Assembly: GCF_964204645.1 (NCBI RefSeq)
Contig: NC_134030.1
Location: forward strand, 7,420,778 to 7,484,777
From: Tubulanus polymorphus
Taxonomy: Eukaryota; Animalia; Nemertea
Length of the DNA stretch: 64,000 bases
Direction of reading: 5' to 3'
Below are positions 1 to 14,286 of the stretch, piece by piece (position 1 is the first letter of the stretch; every line of letters starts with the position of its first letter). The translations under genes and the position numbers were made by a program. The notes under the pieces were generated by a model, which was not told the origin of the DNA, ran no database searches, and worked only from the letters and a program-made list of their open reading frames with translations.

Positions 1-809
1 TCTAACGAGTAATGGCATTCGCGTTGCTAATATACGCACAACCGATACTATATGGGGGTTGGGCGTGAAACGATGGCAAGATATATATCGTTACCATCGG
101 ATTATTGGGAAAAGCCACGTTGATCTCGTGAGATCCTCGCGCGGACCGCCGAACGCTGAACGAACACGAGATCTCTTTTGAGATCGCTGGCGGATTTCTT
201 GGTTTTGTTGGTTCATTTAAATGGTTTATAATCACGCGAGGGATTCGAGGAATTTCTATACCCAATACAAAACTTGTAGAATTTCTGGAATATGCCTGCA
301 CGCCACTTTATGAATACAACAAAATCACTTCTTTCAGTCATTTTTTTCCTTCTCTGGTTTCTTTTCGTAGACAAATATCTCGAGAAAAACCATTTGTGTC
401 TCGATTTCCCTCAATCTTTTCGAGAACATTTTGTTGCTGAGTTTCAGAAATTCTGAGGAGAAAAAGCTCCTCTCACTTCAGACGTCCATAAAACGTTGTG
501 GCCATTATCAGTAGCATTCTCTTCACAATATCGTCAAGAGACGCTGAACTGTTGAATAGATGGGCTGTAATATTCTAAATTGGCTGCTACGAGGAATTTT
601 ATGGGGAAATGCTTTTCACGAAGTCATTGCTAATTAACCTTTTGTTGATCAAAATCGTTGATCTTTAACCGAACAAGGCGTGATTTCCCTTGAAAAATAA
701 CTTCGAAGATAAATCGTGTCTGATATAGAACACTTTATTAACATAGGGTGTCGTATTGAATACATATAGTTTTTAAGTGATTAATAGCCAGGGTGGATCC
801 AGAGGCAAA

Positions 810-946
810 TTTTGAAGGACTTGTCACACATCCCAAAAGGGCACTTTGATGTCCAAAAAGGCAATTGTATATGTATTCTTGCATTAGATGGGCCAGTTTT
901 GAAGAACTTGTCACATCCCAAAATGGTACTTTGATGTACAGAGAGA
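810..946. repeat. imperfect direct repeat, 2 x ~50 bp
   Basis: ttttgaaggacttgtcacacatcccaaaagggcactttgatgtc (from 810) vs ttttgaagaacttgtcacatcccaaaatggtactttgatgta (from 897). Confidence 0.8.
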
Positions 947-1638
947 TAATAGGCCTATTAGGGATATTACAGCACTGAAATGCACCAATTATCTTTGTTG
1001 ACTAAATAGAAATGTGAACTCAAAAAAATTTGGACTTCTACAAGTTTCACAAGTCCCCCTGAATAGAGCTGTTGTTTAATTCGGATCGAATAATCATTGA
1101 GCTAAATTGACCCCTGAATCTGATAATGAGTCGCTTGGTCTGAGTTTTATCGTTGAGAAAGTGTCATCGATAGTAAGTACTATTTACGCCTGAGGAAAGA
1201 TCTATTTAGTTTATTGAAAGCGACGGAGTCTCTCTCCTCGCTCTAAGACCTATACAGCCTGGTTTATGATAATGGTATCGAGCACGGGTTCCTTCAGGGA
1301 TAAACCATTATATTATATCTTCATTTGAAAGGTTTAGTTCCACGAGAATTGATTTGTGGTTTACCTAAATCGAATGGTATAAGGGGCTCTGTCTGAATTG
1401 ATCCTAGAAATCCTGAGCTGATAGCGGATCAGTACATGCAGGATTATTGTTCTGCCAGTTTTGAATTTAAGTCAAAGTATAGGTTATGTTTTCTTGATAC
1501 ATATTCTTCTACTTTAGATGAAATTTGAAAGTTAATGTTGATCACCATTAATAAGACACTATATCTGTGTTGTGATGATAATATAAAGTGAGTCCCGCTA
1601 TAAAAACAAAAAAATTACATCCAAAAATGTTTTTCTTT

Positions 1639-1702
1639 GTTTCGACTATATTCTAATGGTCATCCTCAGAAATACCGAACAAAGATGACTATCAGAATAT
1701 AG
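1639..1702 (-). ncRNA. truncated hammerhead core with an inverted partial duplicate (Penelope-like remnant)
   Basis: The - strand reads ggtattt CTGAGGA T GACCAT tagaat ATAGTC GAAAC; + strand 1684-1702 gatgactatcagaatatag is an inverted copy of it. Confidence 0.5.
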
Positions 1703-2625
1703 CAAGATTTACATTCTATGATGATTTTAATGAAACAATATTATGGGATTCTAAGTATTATACATTCTCAGATAGTTTTGCATCATTTACAGCTTAGGAA
1801 ATAAACAATTATCAATCAAAGTATATCTTTTTCTTTTGTCGAGAAATCGTGGACCAACAACGATGAGATGTTTCTTTTTCTTTGGTTGGGAATTTGCGGA
1901 CCCATTAGCATCCCATCCTATCCCCACTCGCTGTGTGGCCCGCCGATCTGAAAAAAAGACGAATAAAGTTCTCTCATTAGTAGAATCGATATAGATTCAG
2001 ACGTTTGCCGATTATCTGGCGAGAACTCGCGGCAGTGTTTTCTTTTTTATCTAAACGAGGTCCGAAAACATTTCTACTGACGTTGAACCTCCGCAGAATC
2101 AGAGATAGGGAAAGCATTGTGTTGTGTTAATCGTATTTGATTGGTTGAAGAGAGATTGTGTTCAATGACACAGTGTGTATATTGTGTATGCGGGTGTATA
2201 TACGTTACACTCTCCATCATCTGCGGGATGCTGAGCACACTTTCACACGTTCTCCGCGCTCACACTCTCCATCTCTCAATCGCGAAAGTGTTGGATTTAA
2301 TGAATTTATGGATTTCGTCGTGTTTTCTTTATTGACAGAACGGTAATTCATATCCGGGCAGTTGATAACTTTTCTAATTCTTCTAGAGGGTAAGTGTTCA
2401 CAAATATCTATCATTATTCCGAGTAATTTTGTTGTTTTACTGCAAGTTTCAAACCAAAGTGAAACTTATCAGCAGAATTGTGATGCTGAAAATTGTATTG
2501 ATTTTGCTGAATGGGTTTCCAGTTTAAGATGAAGTAGCAGTTCAATCTTTATTTGAACTAATAAGGAGAAAAACAATATCTGAGTTGTAACCAACGATTG
2601 ATATTGTAAAGTAAAACTTTGACTT

Positions 2626-2800
2626 TCACTGATCCCATAACCTGCTGGAGTCATTGGGGCGCTGCAATGACAAATGCATGCTGCACCAACTGGCTCCTCC
2701 TCTTGTGGCGGTTGTGGGGATGCTTGTCTTGGTCCATTCAGCGATGTTGTCTGCCCATTTCTTCCTTGGTCAACCTTGCCTTCTCTTCTTAACTGTGGTC
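2626..2800 (-). mobile_element. degenerate 3' end of an RTE-like non-LTR retrotransposon
   Basis: The - strand reads TVKKRRQG*PRKKWADNIAEWT...LQRPNDSSRLWDQ*, matching the RTE C-terminal R-R-x-G-R-P-x-x-x-W-x-D-x-I-x-x-W motif. The internal TGA is consistent with CGA decay. Confidence 0.7.
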
Positions 2801-5800
2801 AGCAGGTCTCAAGTTGATTCATTGGCTTGAACAACAGCTTTAATCAGTGATGAGAATGAGAGTCAACTACTGAAAGCTCTGAGATGATTAAAAAAGGCGT
2901 TCTGTGCTGTGACTGTACACCTCATAGTGCAGCTGTTTCCTGAGTAGGAATGCGTGGGATGGCAGTTCCTCAGTCTCTCACCTGTCTCCATCAATAGAAC
3001 ATTCTGGCTGCAACAGATTCGAAGTTGTATTTTTCAAAGTTTAGATAGATCAATGAACTTACATTGCATGCTGTGAATTGACATCGCTTGTGACTATAGA
3101 GATGCAGTCACAGCATTGCTCGGCTTTCTTTACTTGTCCTACTAACTTGCTAAAAGTGTCTTGCAATGTTCAAGATGCTTGTTTGAAATTCAAATATCAA
3201 TGACTAATTTCTTTCAGTCTGGGTAATTTAGAGATTAGTCAGTGATTAGAATTTACATTCACCTTTGCTTGCTATGAGTGTCTAAGTCAGTTACTTTAAT
3301 TTATCCAGATAAAATAAGCTAATCAGAAACAGATCATAGACTACCGACCATTCTGCTAAAGTAGCAGCATTTACCTGTACAGTGTGGGATAATGCGCTGA
3401 GGGGTCATTTCATTAAACTAAGCTATGAGAGTTTCCATTTCAGCAGAAGTAAATATGAAAAATGGCAATAAAGCTTTCATTACTGATATCTCCATTGAGG
3501 TGCCGTACTTTCTCAGGACGTGTTACCTTTCTCTTGAATAGAACGTACACTACTTGATGGATATGTGCATGCGTTGACTGTAAGTGACCACACCCAAGTC
3601 ATGATTGGGTCACTTTCATGATGACTTGATCAAGTTTCCGATATAATGTGTTATATCATGAATATAGTAATTGAGGGGGAAAAGTTTGCGGCAAATCCCC
3701 CCCCCCCTCTTTTATCGATGCGTTGCCCATTTTATGAGGTATATGCTCGCGATCCCCTATGATCTATAAACCTGCGCAGCTCGTGACATTAAGAATTACG
3801 GACTAGTGATATTGTAGAATGACGTAATTGCTCTAGGTCCAATAAATGATAACCGCACCCAGCATTTGAGAATATCGGTTATTGGCAGTGGCGGCAGTTC
3901 GCGCGTTTCTTTTTTGTTCCAGACGACAAAAAAGGCACCAGGTACAGAAGAAAATTACAACAGTTATTGGAGATGTGTTTGGCGTAATTTTGTAGTATAT
4001 CAGATGTTTGCTTGTACGTTAAAACGTAGGTTTTGAACGCTAAATGAACGCGCACTCTGATAACAACAACAACGACGATGTAACCGGGAAACAAGTGAAC
4101 GTTTGTATAATGACGATTATACTTTACCAATTGGCGACGTTAGAGAGATTTTAATAATTCATGATTGAGTGCTAATTGCCGCATCCAGGCGAACCCTTCA
4201 CCGCCACACTTGAGCTCGTTCTACCTTCTGCCAAAACGTTCATAATGAGCCACGATGCTTTTTTTCGATGAAATCGATCACCAGTTTGTAACCGACTCTT
4301 TATGTGTATATATCACTTTTTGTTGAAACTAATCATTTTCATCATTGTAAAAACTGCTTTAGTTTCATGGATGCACCCTTATTCTCACTCCTACTCCCAA
4401 CTTCAAGCTCACTTCCCTTTCGGATTTGCAATCATATTTCTCCTGCCAATGTCCTTTCTCCTGTGCTGCCAACTGTTCCTGAATTTCAATATGTGTTATT
4501 ATTTTATAACGAGGAATACCAATTTGATCTGTTTGATGCATAAATATAAAAGATATGTCACTGAGGGTCTTACTGTTGATTACTGATCAAGGTGAACAAT
4601 TTCTTTCATATTCCAATGAAATTTCACTGAAAAAATTCAATTTGTTACCGAGGTTGGCAGCCAGTAGTTCTTCCATCCTATCTCCCCCCTACCTCTCGCC
4701 TCCTCCTACCTCCTCTCCTTCTCTCTCTTCCAGAGCAGTAGTAGTCAAACGTTATGGACCGTTGGTTTGACAGTGATTAATGTAGCTGTCCGACTGTACA
4801 GGGCTCGTGCAGCCAGGTGTAAAATTGAATCTATCTCGCGTCGTCAATGATTCCATATCTATTACGTATTAAATTAGTATGCGATCACTGATGCTGCCGC
4901 TGCGGTGCCAGTGGTCGAAAACGAGCCACCACAGATATAGCGCTCAGTATTCGGTTCATCTATATATGTCTGATATTAATCAGAATTTCAGGAATTCATC
5001 GTCAAGATGCGGTGAGAATTTTTCCGAAAATCGCGTGTTTACGCCCAATTGCACATATATCATGGTGTACGAGACACCAGAACAGATAGACGATAGATAC
5101 ATGAATTTAAATGTCATTACATATCACATACACTGGGAGACATACATAAATATATACATGAAATGTGCTATATTCAAAACTCACCTGACTGAGTTTTATG
5201 CTGATCAAAAGATTAATGGAATCTAAAGAAGCATTTTCCGATGCAAACAAGTATTTTCTGATTATACCTTATTAAACATGCATAATGACTGTGATTTTAT
5301 GATTATTTCCGCGGGTCGGGTTCATAAATCAGCATGGTCTGGTTTGTGTTCATTATACTTTATGTTTACAGCCTCGTGCATTACCTGAGATGGAAATTGG
5401 GCAATTAGGTTGAAATCACTATGGAATAAAGGCCTTTTGGTCTGGATAGGTTTATTTTGGTCTGGAAATGAAATGGCATAAAAAATGATAACGAGACCCC
5501 CAATTCGTCTGGCATTGCCTTTTTGAAAAACTTCACTTATGATACATCTATTCCTGTTGAATATTGATATTGGTTTCGGTTGGGTTTTGACATGAATGCA
5601 TCATTAATGATTCCCTTTTAACATTGCTGCCAAAAAAGTGAAAATGGTTATATTTTGATTAATGCATGCTCAATAGTAGGAATACTTGTAGAAATATGTG
5701 GCGTTAAGTTCAGTGGTGTTGTCTGAGATTATGTGTAATACCATGGCAAAAGACACTTCATAGCATCAATTAGCTCTAATCATACAATATAAGCTGCTTT

Positions 5801-7174
5801 GCATCCTACACAATTTGTCTTTTATTGTGTCATCTTCTAATCACCAATCGGACAAATGCTATACCAGAAGGATGGGTGCGTTCTCCTCACTTCGTGAAAC
5901 CCATTATCGAGTTGTTGAAGCGAGAAGTGCACGAATCATTCGAATTTGTAACCGAAGAGAAAAGAATAATAATTTATTCAATGTATCCGTCCTTAGACGG
6001 CCTAATCTAATTTCTCTATTTGTGCGTCCTCTCTCTCTCCGCGGGGTATTGATGAATAAAGAAAGTACAAGGCAGATGTTGGAATTTACATAGTGTTCAC
6101 TGGATACTTTCAAGTTCATCGTTCACCTGACCACGAATAATTCTTCATTTGCTGAAGACGCGGCGATGAATTATACAAATTGAATTTCGAACACATTTTC
6201 ATTCGTTAACAAGCAGGGGACAATGGAAATTCAGCCAGTCCGAAGTTAAACTAATACGCTTATCGTGTTTGAATAGTATATGCTGCTGTTTAGAAGTCAC
6301 CACAACAGCTGTCCGAGTTTTGATAGAAGAAACTGTGGACATTTTGGACGGCCAGAAATTGAATTGTCCCTAGAGAACCATGACCAGGGACATCGGTTAT
6401 TGTTATTGTAGAGGCTTTACCCTGACTGGCCTTAAGTTTACCTTTCTTATTACTGAAACCAAACAAATAGCTACGAATTGATTGTCCAGAATCCATGATT
6501 CCATATCTGTCATTTACAGATTAATCAAAATTTACTTTCATGGTTTCCGTTATAAATATGATTGTTAGATCTTCATTGTATGAGCTATTATTGTATTTAG
6601 TTGTCACACAATATCATGGATTGTGATGGTTTCATATTGACAAATGTCCATTCTAATGTTTACGGCATATTGAATTCCTTATTTCAGCTTATATTGGTAA
6701 GCTAAAATAGGGAACATTTTCTTTAAGTTTCTAATGTTATGAGAGAGGAACATGATATTCTTCAATGGATGTCAAAATCATTAATGTTTCTGCATTCAAT
6801 GAAAGAGAAAGCTTTATTCAGTCAACAACAAAAAAAAGAACTTCTCGGAATCATCGATATAAACACGCTTCTTGTTTTTCTTCGAATCTCAGATATTTTT
6901 ATTACACTTCGTTCAATGCTGAAACACGTTCCCCTGAAACCTTTTATAAGTTGCACAAATATTGACACTCTAATGTTGGCTGACTGCTGTGGGGAAATGG
7001 ACAATATGAAATTAAATCTCGCAGACAAACTAGTCATCTTGTTCTAGTCGATATTATACGCGGTCAATTTTGTCAACGATCTTTTCGTACGTTTATCTCA
7101 TCACAAAGCCAAAGGCCCCCTCACTCTTCTGGTTTTTGCTAGATCATCGGATAGGTGTCGAATATCTTTCATCC

Positions 7175-7204
7175 GGGGGGGGGGGGGGGGGAGGGGGATT
7201 GGGG
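7175..7204 (+). repeat. poly-G tract (G-quadruplex-capable)
   Basis: A run of ~17 G followed by agggggattgggg. Confidence 0.85.
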
Positions 7205-7719
7205 CAGTGTGCGTTGGCTGAATTCAAAACCCTTGTTTGAACTGTTGGTTACTTTTTCATGCTGAGATTGTTTTAATTTTGGGGCCTTCGTAGTTAACGA
7301 TATATGTGCGCAAGGAAACCAATGAAATACTCGACTTGTAAAATATTTATTCACGTTTAGCTTTACATCCCACCCAGATGGTTATTAGGTATAAACAACG
7401 TTTTACTTGTGTCGCGCAGGATTGGCTATTAAGTCTTATCCGATCGTATCAATATTTGCTGCAATTTTACTCCGGCTTATCCGCTGGAGTTTATTGGTAA
7501 GAGTAACCGAGGTGATTCAGTTCACAACACGACCATAAGATGTTAGGAACAAGATGTAGATAGGTGGTTTGTCGGTTGTTCTCACACATTTCTGCATGTA
7601 AACTACTGATCATGATAAGTTAACCCTTTTTACGCCGCTTACTAGATTTCCATCCCAAGTTATGTTGCGTGAAAACAATCATGATGTGTTAACCCTTTTC
7701 ATGCTAACAGATGATGATA

Positions 7720-7912
7720 CAGTGAACTACCCCTCTGATATACCGCCCTTCCATTTACAGGCCTCCCGCCTACCGCCAGGTTTTCTAAATGTACATCTCA
7801 ATACAAATACATAGTAAAACACCCCTGATATACCGCCATACCCTCTATACCGGCAACATCGTTCTGCACCGATATGTGCAGAGTATCGGTAGGGGGGGGG
7901 GGCAGTTGACTG
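7720..7912. mobile_element. MITE family B second copy
   Basis: TA-flanked; shares aatacatagtaaaacacccc..atataccgcca.ac.ctctataccg..aa.atcgttctgcac with 58922-59098. Confidence 0.8.
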
Positions 7913-8805
7913 TATATGAACCCTTTTCACGCAACTTGCTCGATTATGTGATGCAGATTGGGATATTAACCCTCTCTTGCTAGTTCCTAAATTCCCGGTA
8001 AAGAGACTGTTGAAAGCAAAAGTAATCTATAAAAAGCATTCACTCAGAGACAGTCAAGTACATCCTGTACGAGTTTTTAACTGCTTAAATCAATGAATCT
8101 TCATCCGTGCTTCGTCGTTTTCCATCTTTTTATATTTTTCAGCCACGAGATCCGCTTCGTGACAGATAGCTTTGTCACGACGCTATTCCCATCGCCATCG
8201 TTAATAGCTAGGCTTTTACTGGTCATCGATTCTGTGTACTGTAAAATATTTTTAAACCTTTTAGAAAAGTGCTTCCACTCAATAAAAAAACCCCGAACCT
8301 GATAATCTTGAGTTTGCTCTTGATATTTAGTCAACGGCGTTAGTTTCCCATCCTGATAACGCGTCTTGGGATCAACGCGGCACTTTCCGCGGTGTAGGCT
8401 GTTTAATCTTTCATTTTAATGTGGCAGAAAGACTGTTTACCATGCAGGAAGATGCTCTTTTGATTACTGAAAGCCGGCGGCACTGATGTTCTTGTTGAAA
8501 AGATATACGCACCTGGTTAATGGTACTGATTAATGCCTGGATGACTCTTAAAGACACCCGGTAGAAAAGAGACATAACTTCTTTCATTTGCGATCAGGCC
8601 CCATAAAGACAATATTTTCAGCTAATGCAACCTGATTTAATTAAGAGATATTGCTATCAAATTACTGTTTCCTAACCTACTGGGATGGCCTCAAGGACAA
8701 ATCCAGGTCTTAACAACTAGTGGTTGATGAAAAAGGTCTCAGACCTGCAATGAAAGAAATGTATGGGTTTGGAATTGGTAATTGGGTCTGAATCAAGGGA
8801 TGAAA

Positions 8806-9079
8806 AGGCCCAATCACACGAGCATTTTTGGCCCGGAACAACTGTTCACACGAGTGCCAAATGGACCCGAGCCCGTTTGGCCTGGGCCAAATTTGGCCCG
8901 ACCAAAAACGTCGGACCAGGCCCGAGCCAAATTTTAGCACCAGACAAATGATTGCATTTGAATTGCAACCGGCACCGGAAATGATCCACTTCGCTTTGTT
9001 TGAGCATTGTTTAGTATCGATTGAATGGTATGCGTGTGAACGCGCTCTCTATTTAGGCACTGGCCAAATCGTCTCGGCT
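8806..9079. mobile_element. MITE family A copy
   Basis: Near-identical to 22830-23145 over ~200 bp (ccaaatttggcccgaccaaaaacgtc.gaccaggcccgagcc...aaatgatccacttcgctttgttt.agcattg). Confidence 0.8.
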
Positions 9080-10190
9080 ATAGTGTTTTCAGCCCACATA
9101 GATCATATTAGTGTCCAAGGTATATCAACAACTGACAAAAAATTCTAATCTTTTATAGGCTTCTTTTTTCTTGTTCGTACAATTTTAAAACAGCCCATTA
9201 TAGCATCCGCTCACCTGCTACTGAATCGTCGTCTAGTCTGTTGATGATATTATCAAAGTTTCAGTGTTCAATTCGACTTCGCCATTCATGAATTATGCAT
9301 TAACGTTTAGGTACTGTATTTTCTCGTTGCCTTTCTCACCCAATAACGTATGCAGTCATTACATCCTTGGCGTGGAAGCAATACTTTTGGGGCTTGAGTT
9401 TCATAGAACAGATTATAACTTGCGCCGTCACAACTTTTTAAGTTAAAAAGCGATCTAAAACCTCAAGACCTAAAACCTCAACATTCTTTGTTAGAACGGA
9501 TATGGTGGGAGACTGGTCTTAAATCTAACCTGCTTCTGCAGCTGGCTCCTTGAATTAATTTAGTGTACTCAAAGCTGAACGAAAAAAATAGAAAACAAGT
9601 CTAAAAGTGTTGCCTTTGATGAATATCGCCAGTGAATGCTATCAAAGCACACATTTACCTGTTGATATAAAATCTATTTAAATCTCACCTTTGTCGCATT
9701 TTTCTGTAAATAAATTTCAATTTGGCATCAATAACCGGACATAATTTAAAAACGGCATCCATTAGGTTGATTGAAATTGTTTTTTTTAAATATATTTTTT
9801 CTAAGCCTGTTTATAGCTGTCAGTCACGTTGACATTTGTTTAACTCGATATTTTCATTCTTTATAGTCAGGCTACCCGATTTGGTAAGTTGAGTAATTTA
9901 TGTAGTGCCTGCGCGTATTGATCATCGACTTGATCATAGACGCTGCTGTTATACTCGTAGAAAAGAAAACACTGATAATGTTGTGGTACGATAGCAATGA
10001 TGTTTTTGCCTCCGGTTTTCGCGGTGGTATGAAATTTCTTACAATTACTGACTAGTGTTCATAAAATCGATCTGCTACTTCATGAGGTTAAAATTGAATA
10101 TAGATACGAATGAGATCGATCACTAAGATGATCGTTTATTTGTGAGCAAAATGAACGAGAAAACAACTTGAAAGTTTGTCGAAGCCATGA

Positions 10191-10195
<5 letters not shown>

Positions 10196-10221
<26 letters not shown>
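10196..10221. repeat. (TA)n microsatellite
   Basis: About 13 TA units. Confidence 0.9.
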
Positions 10222-10476
10222 GCGCGTATTGTCATCAATGAATATGATATAAATCATATGAGGGATCAATAAAGTTATTTTGGATTTGAATATATTGCTC
10301 ATTAAATTGAGTTGACCAGCAAACAAATATGTTGATGACGAAGTTCACGTCCTCTCAAAAATGATTAATTTAAATTTCTCAAAAATAAAATCAGTTATGA
10401 AATATTATATTCAATTACAAAATAAACGCCAAAGTTCATGATGGTAATTGTTATTTTGAAACGCCAGTATTGATGA

Positions 10477-10716
<240 letters not shown>

Positions 10717-12483
10717 TAAACGGCGCTACGTGTACGCGTGTACGTGCGTACGCCATCTGACATCAACCATAGTCGATGATCCTGACTGAAAGCTTGCGTA
10801 TCCCCTGAGTATAGCATGGGTATTCCTAGCTAATAAAATAGTCATGAGAAGATGTGTTATATAATTGTCATCACCGGTTAATATTGTGAGTGCTGCTATA
10901 TCAGCTTATCGCACAAGTACGTTTGGTATGTATCTACGAATTTTTCTACATAAAGCTAGAAATGGAGTACTATGGCAGGGTTCATACTGTGAACAGAGTC
11001 TCGATGCCATTAGGTTCGACATGAAAATTTCAATTCATATGCTTGTCCATTTTTGCTTGCTTCACGTTTTGGGAATGAGCTTTCTTTCGGGTACCCTTTT
11101 AATTATATGATATGCCCTATTTTGGCATAGCCTCGACCCTGTATACCATGGAGCTGGAAATGGTATTCATAAGTTGTGCTAGAATTATTCAAAATCTGTC
11201 CAAATTAGGATCAGTAACTGCTTTTGTTATTCTACCTCGATGTTAAAATGTGGAAAAATTATTTAGAAAATCCTTGTAAAAATATGAAAGATGTAAAAAT
11301 ACGAAAAATTATTCTGAAAATATGAAAATCCTCGTAGAAATATGAAAGAGCCAATAATAAGGATGTGATAATTGCTAACAATCTGACCCAGCGACACTGG
11401 TCTGTCATCCATTCACTAGAAGAGTCTCGGCTGATATGATAATTTTCACATTTATAGCTGGAAACCTGTCGGAAAACGACACTTCAACGCATCAATCTTA
11501 TCATAAATAAAATTCGAAATCGAAACTGTATGCATAAAACTTTGATAAACGAAATGTTTGATAGAAAGAAATCGGCTGAAACTCGAGTGAATTATTCACT
11601 ACTGCCGTTTATACTTATTGAACTCTTTCGTTCGTTCATCGTAATCAGACCTCGCAAAGTTTTCATTCCCCGCCTGAAGATGTTCTTTAAAATTGGTGCA
11701 AATTATGCCATCGCAATTCGGTTTCGCTCTGCGTCTAACAAGTATCTACGTCGTTAATGACGAATTTGCTTCATTCACGAGTGAAGAGTCAATTTGAGCT
11801 TTTTTTTAGAGGTAGAGACGGTCGCGCACGTGTGAAAATCTCTTCTTCGCGTCGGTCGTCCGTAAAGTGGTTATTAACGCCGCAAAAACTATACGACGTA
11901 TGCGGGATGGTTGTTGTCGTTGAGGACTGTTCATTGTTATCGCTCGTCGCCGTCGGAAACGCCACGCTTTTATGTGATCGGGCGTCGTGTCGCGATTAGT
12001 TCAAGGAACGATCACCCGGGGGCGATACAATGCGATATTACGAACGCGACGCTTTGTATCGGCGAGGTGTTAAGTTGCCAGCAGTGTTTCCCTGGTAAAT
12101 AAGCAACTTGCATCGGTAAATTTACTTCGTACAAATATTTTTTCCAATTAGTGCCGATGAACAATGTTGAAATGATATCGCCTAACATTGACATTATATG
12201 CCAGCATAAGATACGTTTTTGCAAGCGAGTAAAAAAAACAGCTATGAAACAGAACATGCGCAATTGAACAATATTCACCCATATAGGCCTTTTGATCTCG
12301 GATTCCCTCTATCTATATTGGGCTGGTTTAATAGTAAGATACAATAGTCCAAACCTGTACAATGTCTTCATATAAAACCAGTCTCAGGGAGTTCGAGTCT
12401 GAGAATGGGTGAATGATTCTGAGAGTGGCTGTATGAGATGTTGCAAGGTAGGAATTGTACAGATTAAACATGGATATTTTTGA

Positions 12484-12710
12484 ATAGTGGTAGTACTGGT
12501 TGTAGTCGTGGTGATGGTAATAGTAGTGGTAGTAGTAGGGGTAGTAGTAGAGAAGTGGTGAAAATGGGGGTGGTAGTTGTAGTGGTAGTAGTGGTGGTGG
12601 TAGAAATAGTGTTTGTGCCAGTGGTAGTAGAGGTGGTAGTTATGGTTATAGTACTAGTAGTGGTGGTTCAGGTAGTAGTAGTAGTGGAAGTAGTAGTGAT
12701 AGTAAAAGTA
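12484..12710. repeat. degenerate (GTA/GTG)n trinucleotide tract
   Basis: gtagtagtggtggtag... low-complexity run; it produces the spurious poly-Val ORF. Confidence 0.9.
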
Positions 12711-13381
12711 ACAACTTCGTTGAGTGATTGTTGATATGATTGATCGTGATGATCCCTGATCATTTTGGTTTCAATAACGCGGATACCGTACGACCGTTCT
12801 ACTCTATACGCCTAACTCCATTAGAATCGACTACCGCGGCGAGAGTACTTGTACAACTTCTGCTGGCAATTACGTAAGATAATTCTCCACCCGTCCCCGG
12901 CGATCCTCATCATCGGCAGCGTATCACCCTCGGTGAGGTTACCGTGTATATCGATTTATCGCCGTTGCATCACTCACGAGGCAATTAACGCGTAAGCATA
13001 AACCCTTCCGTCCACGGCGGGTCTTCGCCGTTCCATCGAGCCGCTGACTTTGACGTAGACGTCCGTTACCGGGGTAAATAGATTAATGGTCACTAGACGT
13101 TTCGCGCAAATCGCGCCTAAGTGACGTTCTATTTGCTCTAATGGCGCTTGTTGCTCGTTGTAATGAATGCGTAAGATGTGGCGGTGCGCGAATGAAAGCC
13201 TCGACCGACATGGACTCGATGATTTTTGCCTACTCGTAACCTCCCGACGAAACATATAGTACCTCGTTCCGCTGCAACGGCGACTATAAAACCGTTCAAT
13301 GATTAACAGCAATCCTTTCTCGCACTTATAAGGAATAAGCAGTGTTTTTACTTACATTAGCGCATCAACAGCTTTGTCAAG

Positions 13382-13672
13382 TAGGGTGACCACTGACCTG
13401 GAAAACCTGGAAAATCTTGGAAATAGAAAAATGTAGGAAAATTCAGGGAGAACTCGAAGAATTTGACAAATTTCACCAAAAAACCTGGAGATTCGGATGA
13501 CGCTATTGACAGTGTGTTTCTCTCGCAGAATGTGATTCAACGAAATATTAATGAATTGTAACATTTTAAACCTAGAAATTTATCTGATTTACTCAGAGAA
13601 TTTCGTGTAATCACATGGAAAAATCAGGGAAAACGCAGGGAATTTGTAAGTGGGCAGAAAGTTACCACCCTA
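13382..13672. mobile_element. hAT-like MITE (TAGGGTG termini)
   Basis: tagggtgaccac ... gttaccacccta, with internal cctggaaa / tcagggaa subterminal repeats; a related relic lies at ~17266-17377. Confidence 0.55.
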
Positions 13673-14286
13673 ACTATTTTCCCCTATTTTCCCATTAACT
13701 AAATCACTGAAATGATATATTTCGGGATCTGGATATGTAGTGGTTGATTAGCTGGGACCGGTTTTGGATCTAGATTCAAATTTAACCGACGATGTAATGG
13801 GTGCTGGTCTACAGTTGTCGGATTTCTCGGCGCATCATCTGTAAGCGTCACGTTGCTGCGCATTTGCTTTATTCATCTGCGGTTGTCACCGAGAGCTGTG
13901 AAATTGCACGGAAATGCCGTTTGTCATATTAGATAGCTTCGCGCCGCGAGACATCACGAAATCGCAGCCTCGGGGGACGTCGTAGTAGCGTCGGTTTGAA
14001 TGGACGAATTTGTATAATGTCCTATCGTACAGATGTACGGCGTACCGTTCGGAGATTGATGACCGCGCGCGCGCGCTAACTTGATTTATTAAGTAAAACC
14101 ACAAACGCGCCGAGATTTATCAAATGTGTGAAATCACGATCCGATTGGCCGCGAGTCCGTTCCAAGGACGAACGCGACAAAGACCGCTAGATAAGCAAGC
14201 CTAAGTGATTTTACCTTCATAATGTTTCATAATGCTTTTATATAGTTTTAGTATCGAAGTTCTTTTCCATTTTATCTATGAATGAG

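Noticed and set aside
1188-1228. CTGAGGA...GAAAGCG hammerhead-like spacing
   Set aside because: No convincing stem II closing pairs or stem I partner.
8710-9148. Overlapping ORFs with similar peptides at 8.8, 16.0, 19.4, 23.0 and 40.9 kb (WAKFGP-like)
   Set aside because: The similarity comes from non-coding MITE family A, not from a protein family.
12480-12734. Poly-Val 'membrane protein' ORF
   Set aside because: Translation of a degenerate GTA/GTG microsatellite; no splice or domain support.
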